Origin: Candidatus Cloacimonadales bacterium
GTDB taxonomy: Bacteria > Cloacimonadota > Cloacimonadia > Cloacimonadales > JAFGVF01
Assembly (NCBI GenBank): GCA_963667035.1
Contig: OY762964.1
Location: 2,848,001 to 2,912,000 of the forward strand
DNA: 64,000 nucleotides
Reading direction: 5' to 3'
Shown here in pieces: positions 50,549-61,190 of the stretch. Under the pieces are notes generated by a model. It did not search any database and was not told the DNA's origin. It saw only the letters and a list, made by a program, of their open reading frames with translations. A program made the translations under genes and the position numbers. How positions within the stretch are numbered: position 1 is the stretch's first letter; each line of letters opens with the position of its first letter.

Positions 50549-53500
50549 ATGAAGAAGGTATTATTAATTATTACGGCAATGTTTATTATACTTTCAATAA
50601 TTGCTAATCCGCAGAGTATTCAACTTGATTCGTCGAGAACAGAATCAAATCTGCTGAGTTCAAGCAATAAAGGTATTGACATTGAGTTTAATGTTTCAAG
50701 TTTAAATTGGTTTGAAGTTGAAACATCAAAGGGTCTTTTCACTGAAATTAACATCGATTCATACACTCATACTAATAAGGTTGGTTTCCCAAAACTTCCT
50801 ATGGAAAGAAAAATTATTGAGGTGCCTTTAGGTGCCAAGGTAGTACCTGAAATTAAAGTTATCAATAGTAGGACTTTCAATCTTTCTGAGTATGGTATAA
50901 ACAGCAGAATTATTCCGGATCAACCCTCAATAGCAAAGAGTGTAGATCCTACTTCAATAGAATTTGTTATCAATGAAAATGCTTATACTGTCTACAATCG
51001 TAATCAGGAATTAGTTCAAGTTAAAGAGCTGGGAATATTGAGAAATGCTCGCTTGTTTACTGTAGACTATTATCCGGTGGATTATAATCCAGTAAATGGA
51101 GATGTAACAGTTATCACAGAATCTGAAGTACATATTGAGTTCGTTAACAGCGATATGAATAGAACTAATGCTCTAAAAGCTAGAACAGCTTCCTATCAGT
51201 TTGAAAATCTAATAAAGAACTTTGCTTTTTCCACCCTCGAGACAAGCAATAGAAACACACTTAATAGATATCCTTTAGGATATATCATAGTAACCCCTGC
51301 AAACTTTGTTTCTACTCTCCAACCATTTATTGACTGGAAAACTGAGCAAGGCTTCCAGGTTACGGTTGCTACTACTGATGTTATTGGAACAACAACTTCA
51401 GCAATTAGCAACTACATAAGTGGAATATGGAATGCTTCAACTACCGAGCATCCTGCCCCAACATATCTCTTGATTGTTGGAGATGTTGCACAAGTTCCTG
51501 CTTTTAACGGTCAGACTGAAAGTCACATTACCGATTTGAACTATGTAAAACTTCAGGGTAATGATTACTTACCTGAGATGTATTTTGGTAGATTCTCAGC
51601 TCAGAATGTTAGCCAATTACAACCTCAAGTAGATAAAACTCTTATGTATGAAAAATATTTAATGCCTGATCCAAGTTACCTTGATAATGTTGTACTTATA
51701 GCAGGTATGGATGACAACTACGGTCCATCTCATGGTAATGGTGCAATCAATTATGGTTCTCAAAACTACTTCAATGCATCACATGGTTTAAATGCAACAA
51801 CATACTTTTATCCTTCATCTGGAAACTCTGCATCATCAATCATTTCAAATGTATCTAATGGTGTAGGATATATAAATTATACAGCTCACGGAGATACTCA
51901 AGAATGGTATAGTCCTAATTTCGATAATAGTGATATTAATGGACTTCAAAACTCAGGAAAATATACTTTTGCCGTCGGTAATTGCTGTCTGACTAACCAC
52001 TTTCAAACAGATACTTGTTTTGGAGAAGCTTGGTTAAGAGCAAATGATAAAGGTGCAATCGTTTATATAAGTGGCACTAACTCAACTTATTGGGATGAAG
52101 ATTATTGGTGGGCTGTTGGTAATAAACCAATAACCGGTAGTGGAACTCCATGGATTGCAAATCATATTGGTGTTTACGACGGCATGTTTCATGAGCATGA
52201 CGAAGCATATGATAATTGGGTAACAACTGCCGGATCTATGACTTTTATGGGGAATATGGCAGTTGTTCAAGGTAATGGTTCTTCAAACTATTATTGGGAG
52301 ATATATTCAATAATGGGAGATCCATCATTGAGTCCATACATAGGCCAGGCTGAAACACAGACAACTTCAGTTCCTTCACAAGTCTTTATAGGACAAACTA
52401 ATATGTTGCTTAATGTTGCACCACACGCCTACATCGCCCTTACTAATGAAGGTCAAATTATTGCAACAGATGTAGCAGATGGTACAGGTTATGTAAGTTT
52501 TGATTTCCCTGCAATTACAACTGCAGGTAATGTAAAGCTTGTTTCAACATCTTTTGGGTATCAACCTTACGAAACAACCATCCAGGTAATTCCTAATGAT
52601 GGTCCTTATTTAAACATTTCTAGCTTCAACATTGACGAAGCTACTTCTATAAATGCCGGTTCTGAAGTAAGGATTGATTTCACAGTAGCCAATATTGGTA
52701 ATGCAGGGGTATCAAATATTACAGCTGTCCTATCATCTGAAGATCAATATGTTACAATTACTAATAATATCATTGATATTCCTATAGTATCAGCAAATGA
52801 TGAGTTTTCAATTGAAGATGCTTTTACAGTAAGAGTCAGTTCCAACATCCCTGATGGACATAATATTCGTTTCTCTGTTTCAATGGGAGATCACAATAAC
52901 TCATGGATTTCAAATGTTACTCTTCAAGGTATAGCCCCTAAATTTGAACTAAGCAACTTCTCATTCACAGAAAGTAATGGTGATGGTGCTTTAGATCCTG
53001 GTGAAAATGCAACTATAAATATAACTGTTTCTAATACTGGTCACATGGTTGCTGAAAATGCTAGGGTTGACTTTATAGTTAGTAATCCGCTAGTAACTGT
53101 TCCAGTTACAAGTAATTCAATTGGGAGTTTAGCAGTTGGAGGTGACAACACAACTTCATTTGCTATCCAACTTGACGATTCATTCGACTCTGCCGGTATA
53201 GTATTCGGTATATCCGTATCAGCTGATTGTGGCGACTATATAGAAAACTACCTCATTCCTGTAGGACTGAGTGGAGATAGCTTTGAATCAGGTGATTTCT
53301 CGACTTTAAATTGGACAATGAATGGCAACTCTGATTGGCAAATTAATACTCAAGAGATACATGACGGAAACTATAGTGCAAAATCAGGAACTATTAGTAA
53401 TAACGGTTCAACATCTATGAGTGCTACTGTTGATATCGTTGTTGCCGGGGATATTAGCTTCTGGTATAAAGTGTCTTCTGAAAGTAATTATGATTGGTTA

Positions 53501-54307
53501 GAGTTTTATGATGGAACAACTAGAGTCCAAAGGTGGTCGGGAGAAGCTGGTTGGAGTCAGTTTATCCATCCAGTATCAGCTGGTACTCATACTTTTACTT
53601 GGAAATATGACAAAGACTGGTCTGATAGTGATGGTACCGATTGTGCTTGGATTGATGATATCATTATGCCTGGTAGTGCAACTGGCGGTACAAGCATGCC
53701 AATCTTGTATTGCACTCAGAACACTATTGAGTTTACGGACATTCCCGCTAATGAAGAATCAAGTCGAGAATTTGTTATACAGAATGCTGGTAATGAAGTA
53801 TTAAATGGCTCAGTAATTTTACCTCAAGGATTCGACCTTGAAGGAGAGCAAAACTATACTATAGAAAGTGGAGAATCAAAGGTGTTCTCAATAAGTCATA
53901 CTCCTGTTGCAGGTGAAGAATTGACTGACACTATCACAATAACTTCAAATGATCCTAATAACAACTCGATGACTATCACCGTAACCGTTTCAAATGTGAC
54001 TGGTATTGATGGAGAGGAATCTTTACCATTACAAACTGCTTTGAATGGAAATTTTCCAAATCCTTTCAATCCTACAACAAATATATCCTTTGCATTGAAG
54101 AAAAGTAGCAATATTTCAATTGATATTTATAACATCTTGGGACAGAAAGTTACAACTCTGATTAACGAGTATAAACTTGCCGGGAACTATTCAATTACTT
54201 GGGAAGGAACTGACAGTAATAACCACAAAGTTGCCTCTGGTGTATATTTCTATAGAATGAAAACAGATAACTATACAAACACAAAGAAGATGCTTCTTAT
54301 GAAATAA
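50549..54307 (+). CDS. Gingipain-family (C25) cysteine protease, Kgp-like, with propeptide, Ig/adhesin-like domains and T9SS-type CTD
   Basis: Signal peptide; LLIVGD, PEMYFGRFSA, KTLMYEK, NYTAHG, AVGNCCLT, CFGEAW, TYWDEDYWWAVG, YYWEIY..MGDPS; NFPNPFNPTT...KKMLLMK. Confidence 0.92.
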   Translation: MKKVLLIITAMFIILSIIANPQSIQLDSSRTESNLLSSSNKGIDIEFNVSSLNWFEVETSKGLFTEINIDSYTHTNKVGFPKLPMERKIIEVPLGAKVVPEIKVINSRTFNLSEYGINSRIIPDQPSIAKSVDPTSIEFVINENAYTVYNRNQELVQVKELGILRNARLFTVDYYPVDYNPVNGDVTVITESEVHIEFVNSDMNRTNALKARTASYQFENLIKNFAFSTLETSNRNTLNRYPLGYIIVTPANFVSTLQPFIDWKTEQGFQVTVATTDVIGTTTSAISNYISGIWNASTTEHPAPTYLLIVGDVAQVPAFNGQTESHITDLNYVKLQGNDYLPEMYFGRFSAQNVSQLQPQVDKTLMYEKYLMPDPSYLDNVVLIAGMDDNYGPSHGNGAINYGSQNYFNASHGLNATTYFYPSSGNSASSIISNVSNGVGYINYTAHGDTQEWYSPNFDNSDINGLQNSGKYTFAVGNCCLTNHFQTDTCFGEAWLRANDKGAIVYISGTNSTYWDEDYWWAVGNKPITGSGTPWIANHIGVYDGMFHEHDEAYDNWVTTAGSMTFMGNMAVVQGNGSSNYYWEIYSIMGDPSLSPYIGQAETQTTSVPSQVFIGQTNMLLNVAPHAYIALTNEGQIIATDVADGTGYVSFDFPAITTAGNVKLVSTSFGYQPYETTIQVIPNDGPYLNISSFNIDEATSINAGSEVRIDFTVANIGNAGVSNITAVLSSEDQYVTITNNIIDIPIVSANDEFSIEDAFTVRVSSNIPDGHNIRFSVSMGDHNNSWISNVTLQGIAPKFELSNFSFTESNGDGALDPGENATINITVSNTGHMVAENARVDFIVSNPLVTVPVTSNSIGSLAVGGDNTTSFAIQLDDSFDSAGIVFGISVSADCGDYIENYLIPVGLSGDSFESGDFSTLNWTMNGNSDWQINTQEIHDGNYSAKSGTISNNGSTSMSATVDIVVAGDISFWYKVSSESNYDWLEFYDGTTRVQRWSGEAGWSQFIHPVSAGTHTFTWKYDKDWSDSDGTDCAWIDDIIMPGSATGGTSMPILYCTQNTIEFTDIPANEESSREFVIQNAGNEVLNGSVILPQGFDLEGEQNYTIESGESKVFSISHTPVAGEELTDTITITSNDPNNNSMTITVTVSNVTGIDGEESLPLQTALNGNFPNPFNPTTNISFALKKSSNISIDIYNILGQKVTTLINEYKLAGNYSITWEGTDSNNHKVASGVYFYRMKTDNYTNTKKMLLMK

Positions 54308-54323
54308 GGATTGATAATTAGTT

Positions 54324-54352
54324 AAAGCCTATCGATAATCGATAGGCTTTTT
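54324..54352. terminator. Bidirectional intrinsic terminator
   Basis: AAAGCCTATCGA-TAA-TCGATAGGCTTTTT between convergent genes. Confidence 0.85.
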
Positions 54353-54473
54353 AAAAATTGTTTATAATAGCTATAACAATCGCTGTATCATTTACTAGTA
54401 GCAGTTTAACTTCAGCTAATGCATGTGAAACTATAATAAAGCCTTTAATAATTTTAAACTCAAATCAAAGTAG

Positions 54474-55274
54474 TTATGTAACTGAATCTAAGTCCCTTTG
54501 CATTACTTCTTCTATTTCTACCCTATTATCATCATCTTCTTCATTGAAGATGTTCTTTCTTACTCTCCAATCAGAGAGAAAAAATATTAAAGAAAAACCA
54601 ACAAGAAATATAGTCCATCCTATTCTATTCCAATGGAATCTATTACGAGAAAGTATCCAGCAAATGCAACTTACGGAAGTTATCACAATCGAATTAACAA
54701 AAAGATAGAAATTTCTATGCTTTATATTTGTTAATAGTAGATATAAAGTGATAATCATAAAATAAATTGCAATAATAATCGGAAAGTATAGCACTGCATA
54801 TATTAAATGAGTTGTATTACCTGCCAAAATAATGCCAAGAGAGGTAAAAGTCAGAATATAGGGAACTAAATCAGTTATTAATCTTCTAAATCTAAGCAAA
54901 TAGCCAAAAAACTCTGTCCAAAGTATGACAGCCATTGACATTGTAAAGAGATGAAATTTAAGTCGACTTATAATGTCAAAAACACCAACCATTGTATAAA
55001 ATACATAGATACCTATCAAGATGCTTAGCTCTCCTGCAATTCTAACCTTGAATTGAAGATAAATAATAAAGAGAATTAATCCCAAGCAAAACAGAAAGCC
55101 TGAATGGAAGGCAACTGAAGGAGAGAACTCAATCTCAGGTTCGTTAGCTAAAACTATATTGCTGACTGGATAAGTATAATCTTCAACCAGATAAATATTA
55201 TGCATTATCAAAGTCGCTCCAATTGTACCTAAAATGAAAAGTATGAATACCACAAAACCTTTAACACTAATCAT
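54474..55274 (-). CDS. Hypothetical multi-pass membrane protein
   Basis: About 7-8 hydrophobic segments; overlaps the MerR gene stop. Confidence 0.7.
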   Translation of the reverse strand: MISVKGFVVFILFILGTIGATLIMHNIYLVEDYTYPVSNIVLANEPEIEFSPSVAFHSGFLFCLGLILFIIYLQFKVRIAGELSILIGIYVFYTMVGVFDIISRLKFHLFTMSMAVILWTEFFGYLLRFRRLITDLVPYILTFTSLGIILAGNTTHLIYAVLYFPIIIAIYFMIITLYLLLTNIKHRNFYLFVNSIVITSVSCICWILSRNRFHWNRIGWTIFLVGFSLIFFLSDWRVRKNIFNEEDDDNRVEIEEVMQRDLDSVT

Positions 55275-55653
55275 GATTTATTTCTTCTATAGCTTTAGAT
55301 AACAATGCATTAAGTCTTTCTGATAGATTTTTAAGATTTTCAACTTTTTCTCTTATTAACTCACGCTTTGTCAATGGATTGTCACCATAATTGAATTCAG
55401 GTTGTTCGCTTTTTTGTGCTTTTCTATGAGAAGAAAGGACCTTCTTAGCTCCTTCTATGGTGTATTTCTGAATATAAAGCATCTCTTTTATGGTTCTCAA
55501 AAGTTGAATATCATCTTGAGTATATCTACGGTTATGACCTTGTTTCTTATTGGGTTTTAGTTGCGGAAAGACAGTTTCCCAATACCTTATCACATGAGTT
55601 TTTAACTCAAGTAGATTTCCAACTTCTCCGATTGTATAATAATATTTACTCAT
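55267..55653 (-). CDS. MerR-family HTH regulator
   Basis: YYTIGEV...HVIRYWET.FPQLKP...RRYTQDDI...YTIEGAKK. Confidence 0.92.
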   Translation of the reverse strand: MSKYYYTIGEVGNLLELKTHVIRYWETVFPQLKPNKKQGHNRRYTQDDIQLLRTIKEMLYIQKYTIEGAKKVLSSHRKAQKSEQPEFNYGDNPLTKRELIREKVENLKNLSERLNALLSKAIEEINHD

Positions 55654-57143
55654 AAAATTCCCTCTTTTTCCTCCTTTTCACTCTTCACCAAAGAAACAGC
55701 AAACAGTATCAGTGAAAAGATTGGGAGAATATAAATGAATTTATAAAATCTAGTATAGTAATATGAAATAGCTTCAGTAGTTTTTAACTGCTTAACAATT
55801 CCTGTAACATCAAACAAATCAGTCTTTGCCACTATTCTTCCGATAGGATCTACAACTAATGATATACCTGTGTTTGCAGCTCTATATATCTGTTTTCTAG
55901 CTTCTACAGCTCTAAATCGTGTTAACATTGCATGCTGATAGGTACCTGCTGAATGACCGAACCATGCATCATTGGTGATATTGACAATAAAATCTGGATT
56001 CTTTTTATATGCTCTATACATATGCTCGGGGAAAGCAACTTCAAAACAAATCTGTGGAACAAAAGTAAAACCCATAAAATGAAATGAATTAATCTCTTTC
56101 CCATACTCCCAATTAGCTTGCCCGAAATCAAGTTTTCTTAATGAGGGTATGAAATCTAATAGTATCATTCTCTCACCAAATGGAACTAGATAATTCTTGT
56201 AATACGGTTTATCTACATTTCCATCCGGATGGATTAAGGAAGCAGCATTATAATGCTGCTCACCTTCCTTCGAAGATGTGACTCTATCTGGAAAACCGGC
56301 AAATATTGCCATATTAGTGTTCATAGCAATTGTGGTAACCATACTTTTGTAATAAACATTTCTTATTATTGGTACCGGCACACATGATTCAGGCCATATA
56401 ACCATTGAAGTAAGACTGTCTGCAACACTATAAGTAATATCTTTATATTTCTGGAAATTATCTTTTAAATACTTGAAATCCCATTTCCGGTCTTGATGGA
56501 TACTTGGCTGAACAATTGCTATTGATAAAGGCTCTTGCTTCAATTTTATGCTACCTATACGTATCAATCCATATCCAAACCATAAGAAGAAAACTGCCAC
56601 TATTAAAATAATTTGTTCAGACTTTCTTTCTGCAATGAATCTATATAAAAGATAGTTTATCATCAGGATAATGGCAGAGATTAAGTATATTCCGCCAACA
56701 TCCGCAATTTGAATTAAAGGCAAATAATCTGCAATGGCATAACCAATATCATTCCAAGGGAACCTTAGTTCGGAGTAGTTCTGCAATAGCTCAAGAGAAA
56801 GCCAAACTGATACTAAGCTTATCAGCTTAAGTTTTGGAAATCTTTTCCACAATCGTATTATTAAATAGAATGTAATAGAAAAGTATATTGTGAATAGGGG
56901 GATAATCCCTAAAAAACCTGCAACTGTAACCAGAGATATCCAATGAAGACCAGTAAAACAATAAACTATAGAGAAAAGGAATGCCGCTATTATCGTATTG
57001 GTTATTTTAGTTTTATGGCTATCAAAGTAATAGAGTAAAGGTATTAATCCAGCAAATGCTACAAATCCAGTGTGTAGAGGTAATCTTGATAATCCTATCA
57101 AGAATGCTGATAGCATTACAAGTAATAATTTTTTATCTTTCAT
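55650..57143 (-). CDS. lnt: Apolipoprotein N-acyltransferase
   Basis: FPW..GY, WPES, K..LVPFGE, ICFE, TNDAWFG, RAVE, AANTGIS; ATG 57143. Confidence 0.93.
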   Translation of the reverse strand: MKDKKLLLVMLSAFLIGLSRLPLHTGFVAFAGLIPLLYYFDSHKTKITNTIIAAFLFSIVYCFTGLHWISLVTVAGFLGIIPLFTIYFSITFYLIIRLWKRFPKLKLISLVSVWLSLELLQNYSELRFPWNDIGYAIADYLPLIQIADVGGIYLISAIILMINYLLYRFIAERKSEQIILIVAVFFLWFGYGLIRIGSIKLKQEPLSIAIVQPSIHQDRKWDFKYLKDNFQKYKDITYSVADSLTSMVIWPESCVPVPIIRNVYYKSMVTTIAMNTNMAIFAGFPDRVTSSKEGEQHYNAASLIHPDGNVDKPYYKNYLVPFGERMILLDFIPSLRKLDFGQANWEYGKEINSFHFMGFTFVPQICFEVAFPEHMYRAYKKNPDFIVNITNDAWFGHSAGTYQHAMLTRFRAVEARKQIYRAANTGISLVVDPIGRIVAKTDLFDVTGIVKQLKTTEAISYYYTRFYKFIYILPIFSLILFAVSLVKSEKEEKEGIL

Positions 57144-57954
57144 AATTATCTGAATAATGAATTTCAACAACAATGAATCCGTTAGTTTGGGAACAATAAA
57201 CAATTTTGTTAGTAGTTCTTAATGATAAGTATTTATCAACTGACAAGCAGTACTTCTCTTCTAAATTATCCGTTTCTAACCAATTAGGCATCATTTTAAT
57301 ATGATTGCCGTACTTATCAAAAGTAAACTCTCCAGTTAAACTACCTATTCGCTTGCCAATTGTATTATAAACATAAGTTTTCTCAGTTTGCTTGTCCCTA
57401 ATTAACAACTGACTATCTACCAAATCCAGACTAGAGATATTGGAGAAAGTAAATCTTCCGAAATCAAAGTCAACCGTATTGCTTAATGCATTATAAAGAG
57501 ATATAGTACTTCCAAAAAAATCGAATATATAGAAATTATTCTCATTATCTGCTACAAATCGTTCAGGGCGTTTAAAGCTTTCAAGCTTCCATTCCGAAAC
57601 AAATCTCCCATCTCTGTCATACTTCTTAACAAGTTTTGTAGCACTATCCAATGCAAAAACACCTCCATCAGTTGCGAGTGTTATATCTGACAGTCTTTGA
57701 AATCTTGTTTTGGATGAACCGATTCCACCGATAAAGTTTACAAAAATCCCATCTCTGTAAATGTGTATTCTATTCTGATTTCTTTCCAGAATATAGTCTG
57801 TTTTATAGATATCATCAATACAGACTCTATCCGGAGTAAATCCCAGAGAGACAACCCTCTTAATACACATTGTCGAGATACTCTTTCTGTTTTGCATTTT
57901 ATTAGTCGAGCAAGCAGATACTATAACAACAAAGAGAATAAGTAGTTTTCTCAT
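57133..57954 (-). CDS. Lipoprotein with NHL/beta-propeller repeats
   Basis: Lipobox IVSAC; GGIGS..RFQRLSDI, VKKYDRDGRFV, RPERFVAD. Confidence 0.7.
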   Translation of the reverse strand: MRKLLILFVVIVSACSTNKMQNRKSISTMCIKRVVSLGFTPDRVCIDDIYKTDYILERNQNRIHIYRDGIFVNFIGGIGSSKTRFQRLSDITLATDGGVFALDSATKLVKKYDRDGRFVSEWKLESFKRPERFVADNENNFYIFDFFGSTISLYNALSNTVDFDFGRFTFSNISSLDLVDSQLLIRDKQTEKTYVYNTIGKRIGSLTGEFTFDKYGNHIKMMPNWLETDNLEEKYCLSVDKYLSLRTTNKIVYCSQTNGFIVVEIHYSDNYER

Positions 57955-59670
57955 TTATCTAACTCTTAGATCCTTCAATTTGCCTTGAATTGTTTTTTTA
58001 CCAAAGAAGTTATTAATCTCAAGAGTATAAACTATATCAACAACACTATTCTTTCTCAGTTTAACTAGCATATGTCCAAGATTATATCCAATAATATCAA
58101 GAGTTACTCCATCCTTGATAACTTTCATCTTTAGATGATTACGTCCTACAGTATATGGATAACTACTAATTGTGACTTCTCTGGTAGAAAAAACAGGTCT
58201 CATATTCTCTGGACCAAAAGGTGCAAACTTCTCTATCCAATCTAACAAACCAAGATTGATCTCATAGAGCTCAATTGTTCTGTCTATAGTAACACATTGA
58301 ACAAGATTATTTAAATCGAGATGATCCTTAACATATTTATCAAGCTCTACCTCAAATTTATCAATTGATTCTTGTCCTATTGTTAATCCAACAGCATACT
58401 TGTGCCCTCCAAAACTATATAGATTGTGTTCAACATTAGTAATTGCCTCAAACAAGTCAAAACTTGCTATTGATCTTCCTGAACCACTTCCGAGTCCATC
58501 TTTAAACGATATCATAATCACAGGTCTATAATATCTCTCTACTAGTTTTGAGGCAACAACCCCAATAACACCTGGATGCCAACCATCTGATGAAACAACA
58601 ATACAGTAAGTACTATCAAGATTCTTATATTTAGCCTTTATTATATCGCAAGCTTCCTGATATGTTTTCTGGTCAGCTTGCTGACGAAGAGAGTTTTGTT
58701 GCTCAATAATCTCGGCAAGCTCATAACTTCTCTTCTCCTCATTGGAAATAAGCAATTCTACTGAGATTGCTGCTGAGCCCATTCTACCTGCCGCATTAAT
58801 TCTAGGAGCAAGTACAAAAACAATATTGGAAGTGTTAATGGTTTTATCATTCAGGTTCGCAATATCTATGAGAGCATTTAAACCATAGTTCTTCTTTTCT
58901 GCTAAATGTTTTAGACCTAAAGATGCAAAAACCCTATTCTCACCTTTAAGCGGAACAATATCAGCTATTGTTCCCAATGCAACTAAATCCAAGTATTTGT
59001 TTACATTCTCTTTGGTTGCAATACCTAACTTTTTATATATTGCCATCAATAGTTTATAAGCAACTCCTACACCGGCTAACTGCTTGAACGGATAGCCACA
59101 ATTCTCAACTTTTGGATTAATTATAGCATATCCATTAGGCAAAGTTTCTTTGGGATTATGATGATCGGTGATTATAACTTCCATCCCCATATCATTTATC
59201 ATATCCACTTCTTCTAAAGCATTTATGCCACAATCAACTGTAATTATTAGCTTTGTTCCATCTTCACTAATTTGTTGAAGACCTGCTTTTGAGAGTCCAT
59301 AGCCATCAATCATACGATGAGGAATATAGAATTCAACTATAGCATCTAGTCTCTTAAGCCCTAGATAAAGCAAAGATGTTGCAGTAGTACCATCAACATC
59401 ATAATCTCCGTAGATTGTTATTCTTTCACGATTATCGATTGCAGTAAGTATCCTTTCTACAGCTTTCCTCATATCATTAAACATGAAAGGATCAATTATC
59501 TCGTCTGCAGTCGGTTCAAAAAACTCAGCAATCTCTTCTGCATTGTAGAGACCTTTACGGACAAGAAGATCAGCAACTAATCGAGGGCATTTAAGCTTAT
59601 CTCTGATAAGTTTACGTTTAGCCTTCAATTCAGGAGCTAATTTTTCTTCAAACTCCCATTTTTTCTCCAT
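57955..59670 (-). CDS. recJ: Single-stranded-DNA exonuclease RecJ
   Basis: YGDYDVDG, TVDCG, TDHH, GTIADIVPL, PRINAAGR, GGHKYAVG, PFGPEN. Confidence 0.97.
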   Translation of the reverse strand: MEKKWEFEEKLAPELKAKRKLIRDKLKCPRLVADLLVRKGLYNAEEIAEFFEPTADEIIDPFMFNDMRKAVERILTAIDNRERITIYGDYDVDGTTATSLLYLGLKRLDAIVEFYIPHRMIDGYGLSKAGLQQISEDGTKLIITVDCGINALEEVDMINDMGMEVIITDHHNPKETLPNGYAIINPKVENCGYPFKQLAGVGVAYKLLMAIYKKLGIATKENVNKYLDLVALGTIADIVPLKGENRVFASLGLKHLAEKKNYGLNALIDIANLNDKTINTSNIVFVLAPRINAAGRMGSAAISVELLISNEEKRSYELAEIIEQQNSLRQQADQKTYQEACDIIKAKYKNLDSTYCIVVSSDGWHPGVIGVVASKLVERYYRPVIMISFKDGLGSGSGRSIASFDLFEAITNVEHNLYSFGGHKYAVGLTIGQESIDKFEVELDKYVKDHLDLNNLVQCVTIDRTIELYEINLGLLDWIEKFAPFGPENMRPVFSTREVTISSYPYTVGRNHLKMKVIKDGVTLDIIGYNLGHMLVKLRKNSVVDIVYTLEINNFFGKKTIQGKLKDLRVR

Positions 59671-60057
59671 TTGATTTCCTTTATTTATTAATATTCATAT
59701 AATCAGCATTAGAATCGCATAGCATCTATCCCCCTCTATTCTATTAATTTAGCAATACACTATGCAACTAAATTCTAATATCACTTTAAATTGTATGATG
59801 TAAAGGATTTATTTTTATAAATATGCTAATGTGATTTAGTTTAATGTAAAAAGGTAAGCCTGCTTCATTACAGACTCACCTTCCAATTGATATATCATAT
59901 ACTACTTTATCATTATAGTTTACATATTGTTATTCATGTGTATGAACATATTTCATATAATAGTTGATTGAGTTTACGACATAAAAGTATGAACTAAATA
60001 AATATTGACTTTTTACCATACATAATATCTTCTATAAAAAAATCAATATGAGGATAA

Positions 60058-61182
60058 ATGAAGCAATTTTACGTTACAGACAGTATTGAGAAGAGAAGTG
60101 AATGTTACCTGGAAAATCAATTTGAAGTTATTTCTCGGTCAGGTTTAAACCAATCGGAAAAAAATATTATTGATCAGCTAGTATTTCTAAAAGATCCTAA
60201 GAGATTGCTCTTTGCTGAAAATAGAACTGGTGCTGCAGCTATGATAGCAAGAGAATTGTATCCCGAGGCTGAGATATATGTGCATAATATAGACATGTAT
60301 TATAGTGAAAAGATTAAGCATAATCTGAGTCTAAATAATGTTAGCTCTATAGAAGTACTTTGCACTCCCGATTTTCCTGAAGTAAAATTGGATGCAGTCT
60401 TTCTTCAGTGCTCTAAAACTAACATTATGAAAGAGTTGTTTATGGAATGGGTTGATGAATCATATCTTAATCTGAAGAAGAAAGGTAAGCTTGTTGTTGG
60501 TTTGGAAACTAGATTTAAATGGCTAGAGGAGCATATTAAACTTCACTTCGAAAGCATGACCTTTAAAGATTACAAACTAAAAGGACTTTGTTTAATTTCC
60601 AGAAAATCTATTGTTAAAGATATTTCTTTAACCAAACGAGATGTTTTTGACTGTGAAATTAATGAAGGTTTCGCTATTCCATTAAGCTCTCGTGCCGGAG
60701 TATTTGCACACCATCGTTTGGATGACGGAGCTTATGCATTGCTTAAGAGCGTAGAAATAAAAGAAGGACAATCTCTTTTCGATATGGGAGCGGGTATAGG
60801 TAGTGTTGGCGTCGCTCTTGGATTACAAGAGAAATTAGAGAAAATCACTTTTTGCGATTCCAATGCAAGAGCAATTGATTCCTGTAAATTCAACTGCGAA
60901 ATGAATGAACTGGAGAATGTAGAGTTTCTTTTAAAAGCAGACGGTGTAAGTGATAAAACTAATCAATACAATGTTTTTGTAGCAAATCCTCCCTATTTTT
61001 CCAACTATAAAATTGCAGAACTATTCGTAATGACAGGATTAGCTGTTCTGAAAAGTGGTGGAGAAGCTTGGTTTGTAGCAAAGAATCCTGAGATACTAAA
61101 AACTATCATGATGGAAAATTTCGGAAATGCTAGAAGCTTTCGCAAGTTTGGCTATGAAATAATTGTTTCAAAGAAAAAGTGA
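60058..61182 (+). CDS. RsmC/RlmG-like two-domain methyltransferase (MTS)
   Basis: GVFAHHRLDDG, DMGAGIG, ANPPY. Confidence 0.8.
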   Translation: MKQFYVTDSIEKRSECYLENQFEVISRSGLNQSEKNIIDQLVFLKDPKRLLFAENRTGAAAMIARELYPEAEIYVHNIDMYYSEKIKHNLSLNNVSSIEVLCTPDFPEVKLDAVFLQCSKTNIMKELFMEWVDESYLNLKKKGKLVVGLETRFKWLEEHIKLHFESMTFKDYKLKGLCLISRKSIVKDISLTKRDVFDCEINEGFAIPLSSRAGVFAHHRLDDGAYALLKSVEIKEGQSLFDMGAGIGSVGVALGLQEKLEKITFCDSNARAIDSCKFNCEMNELENVEFLLKADGVSDKTNQYNVFVANPPYFSNYKIAELFVMTGLAVLKSGGEAWFVAKNPEILKTIMMENFGNARSFRKFGYEIIVSKKK

Positions 61183-61190
61183 GGTTCTAA

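Noticed and set aside
59700..59790. Third periodic array or sigma54 site upstream of recJ
   Set aside because: Only weak 10-11 bp echoes, and the TTGCA lacks the -24 GG.
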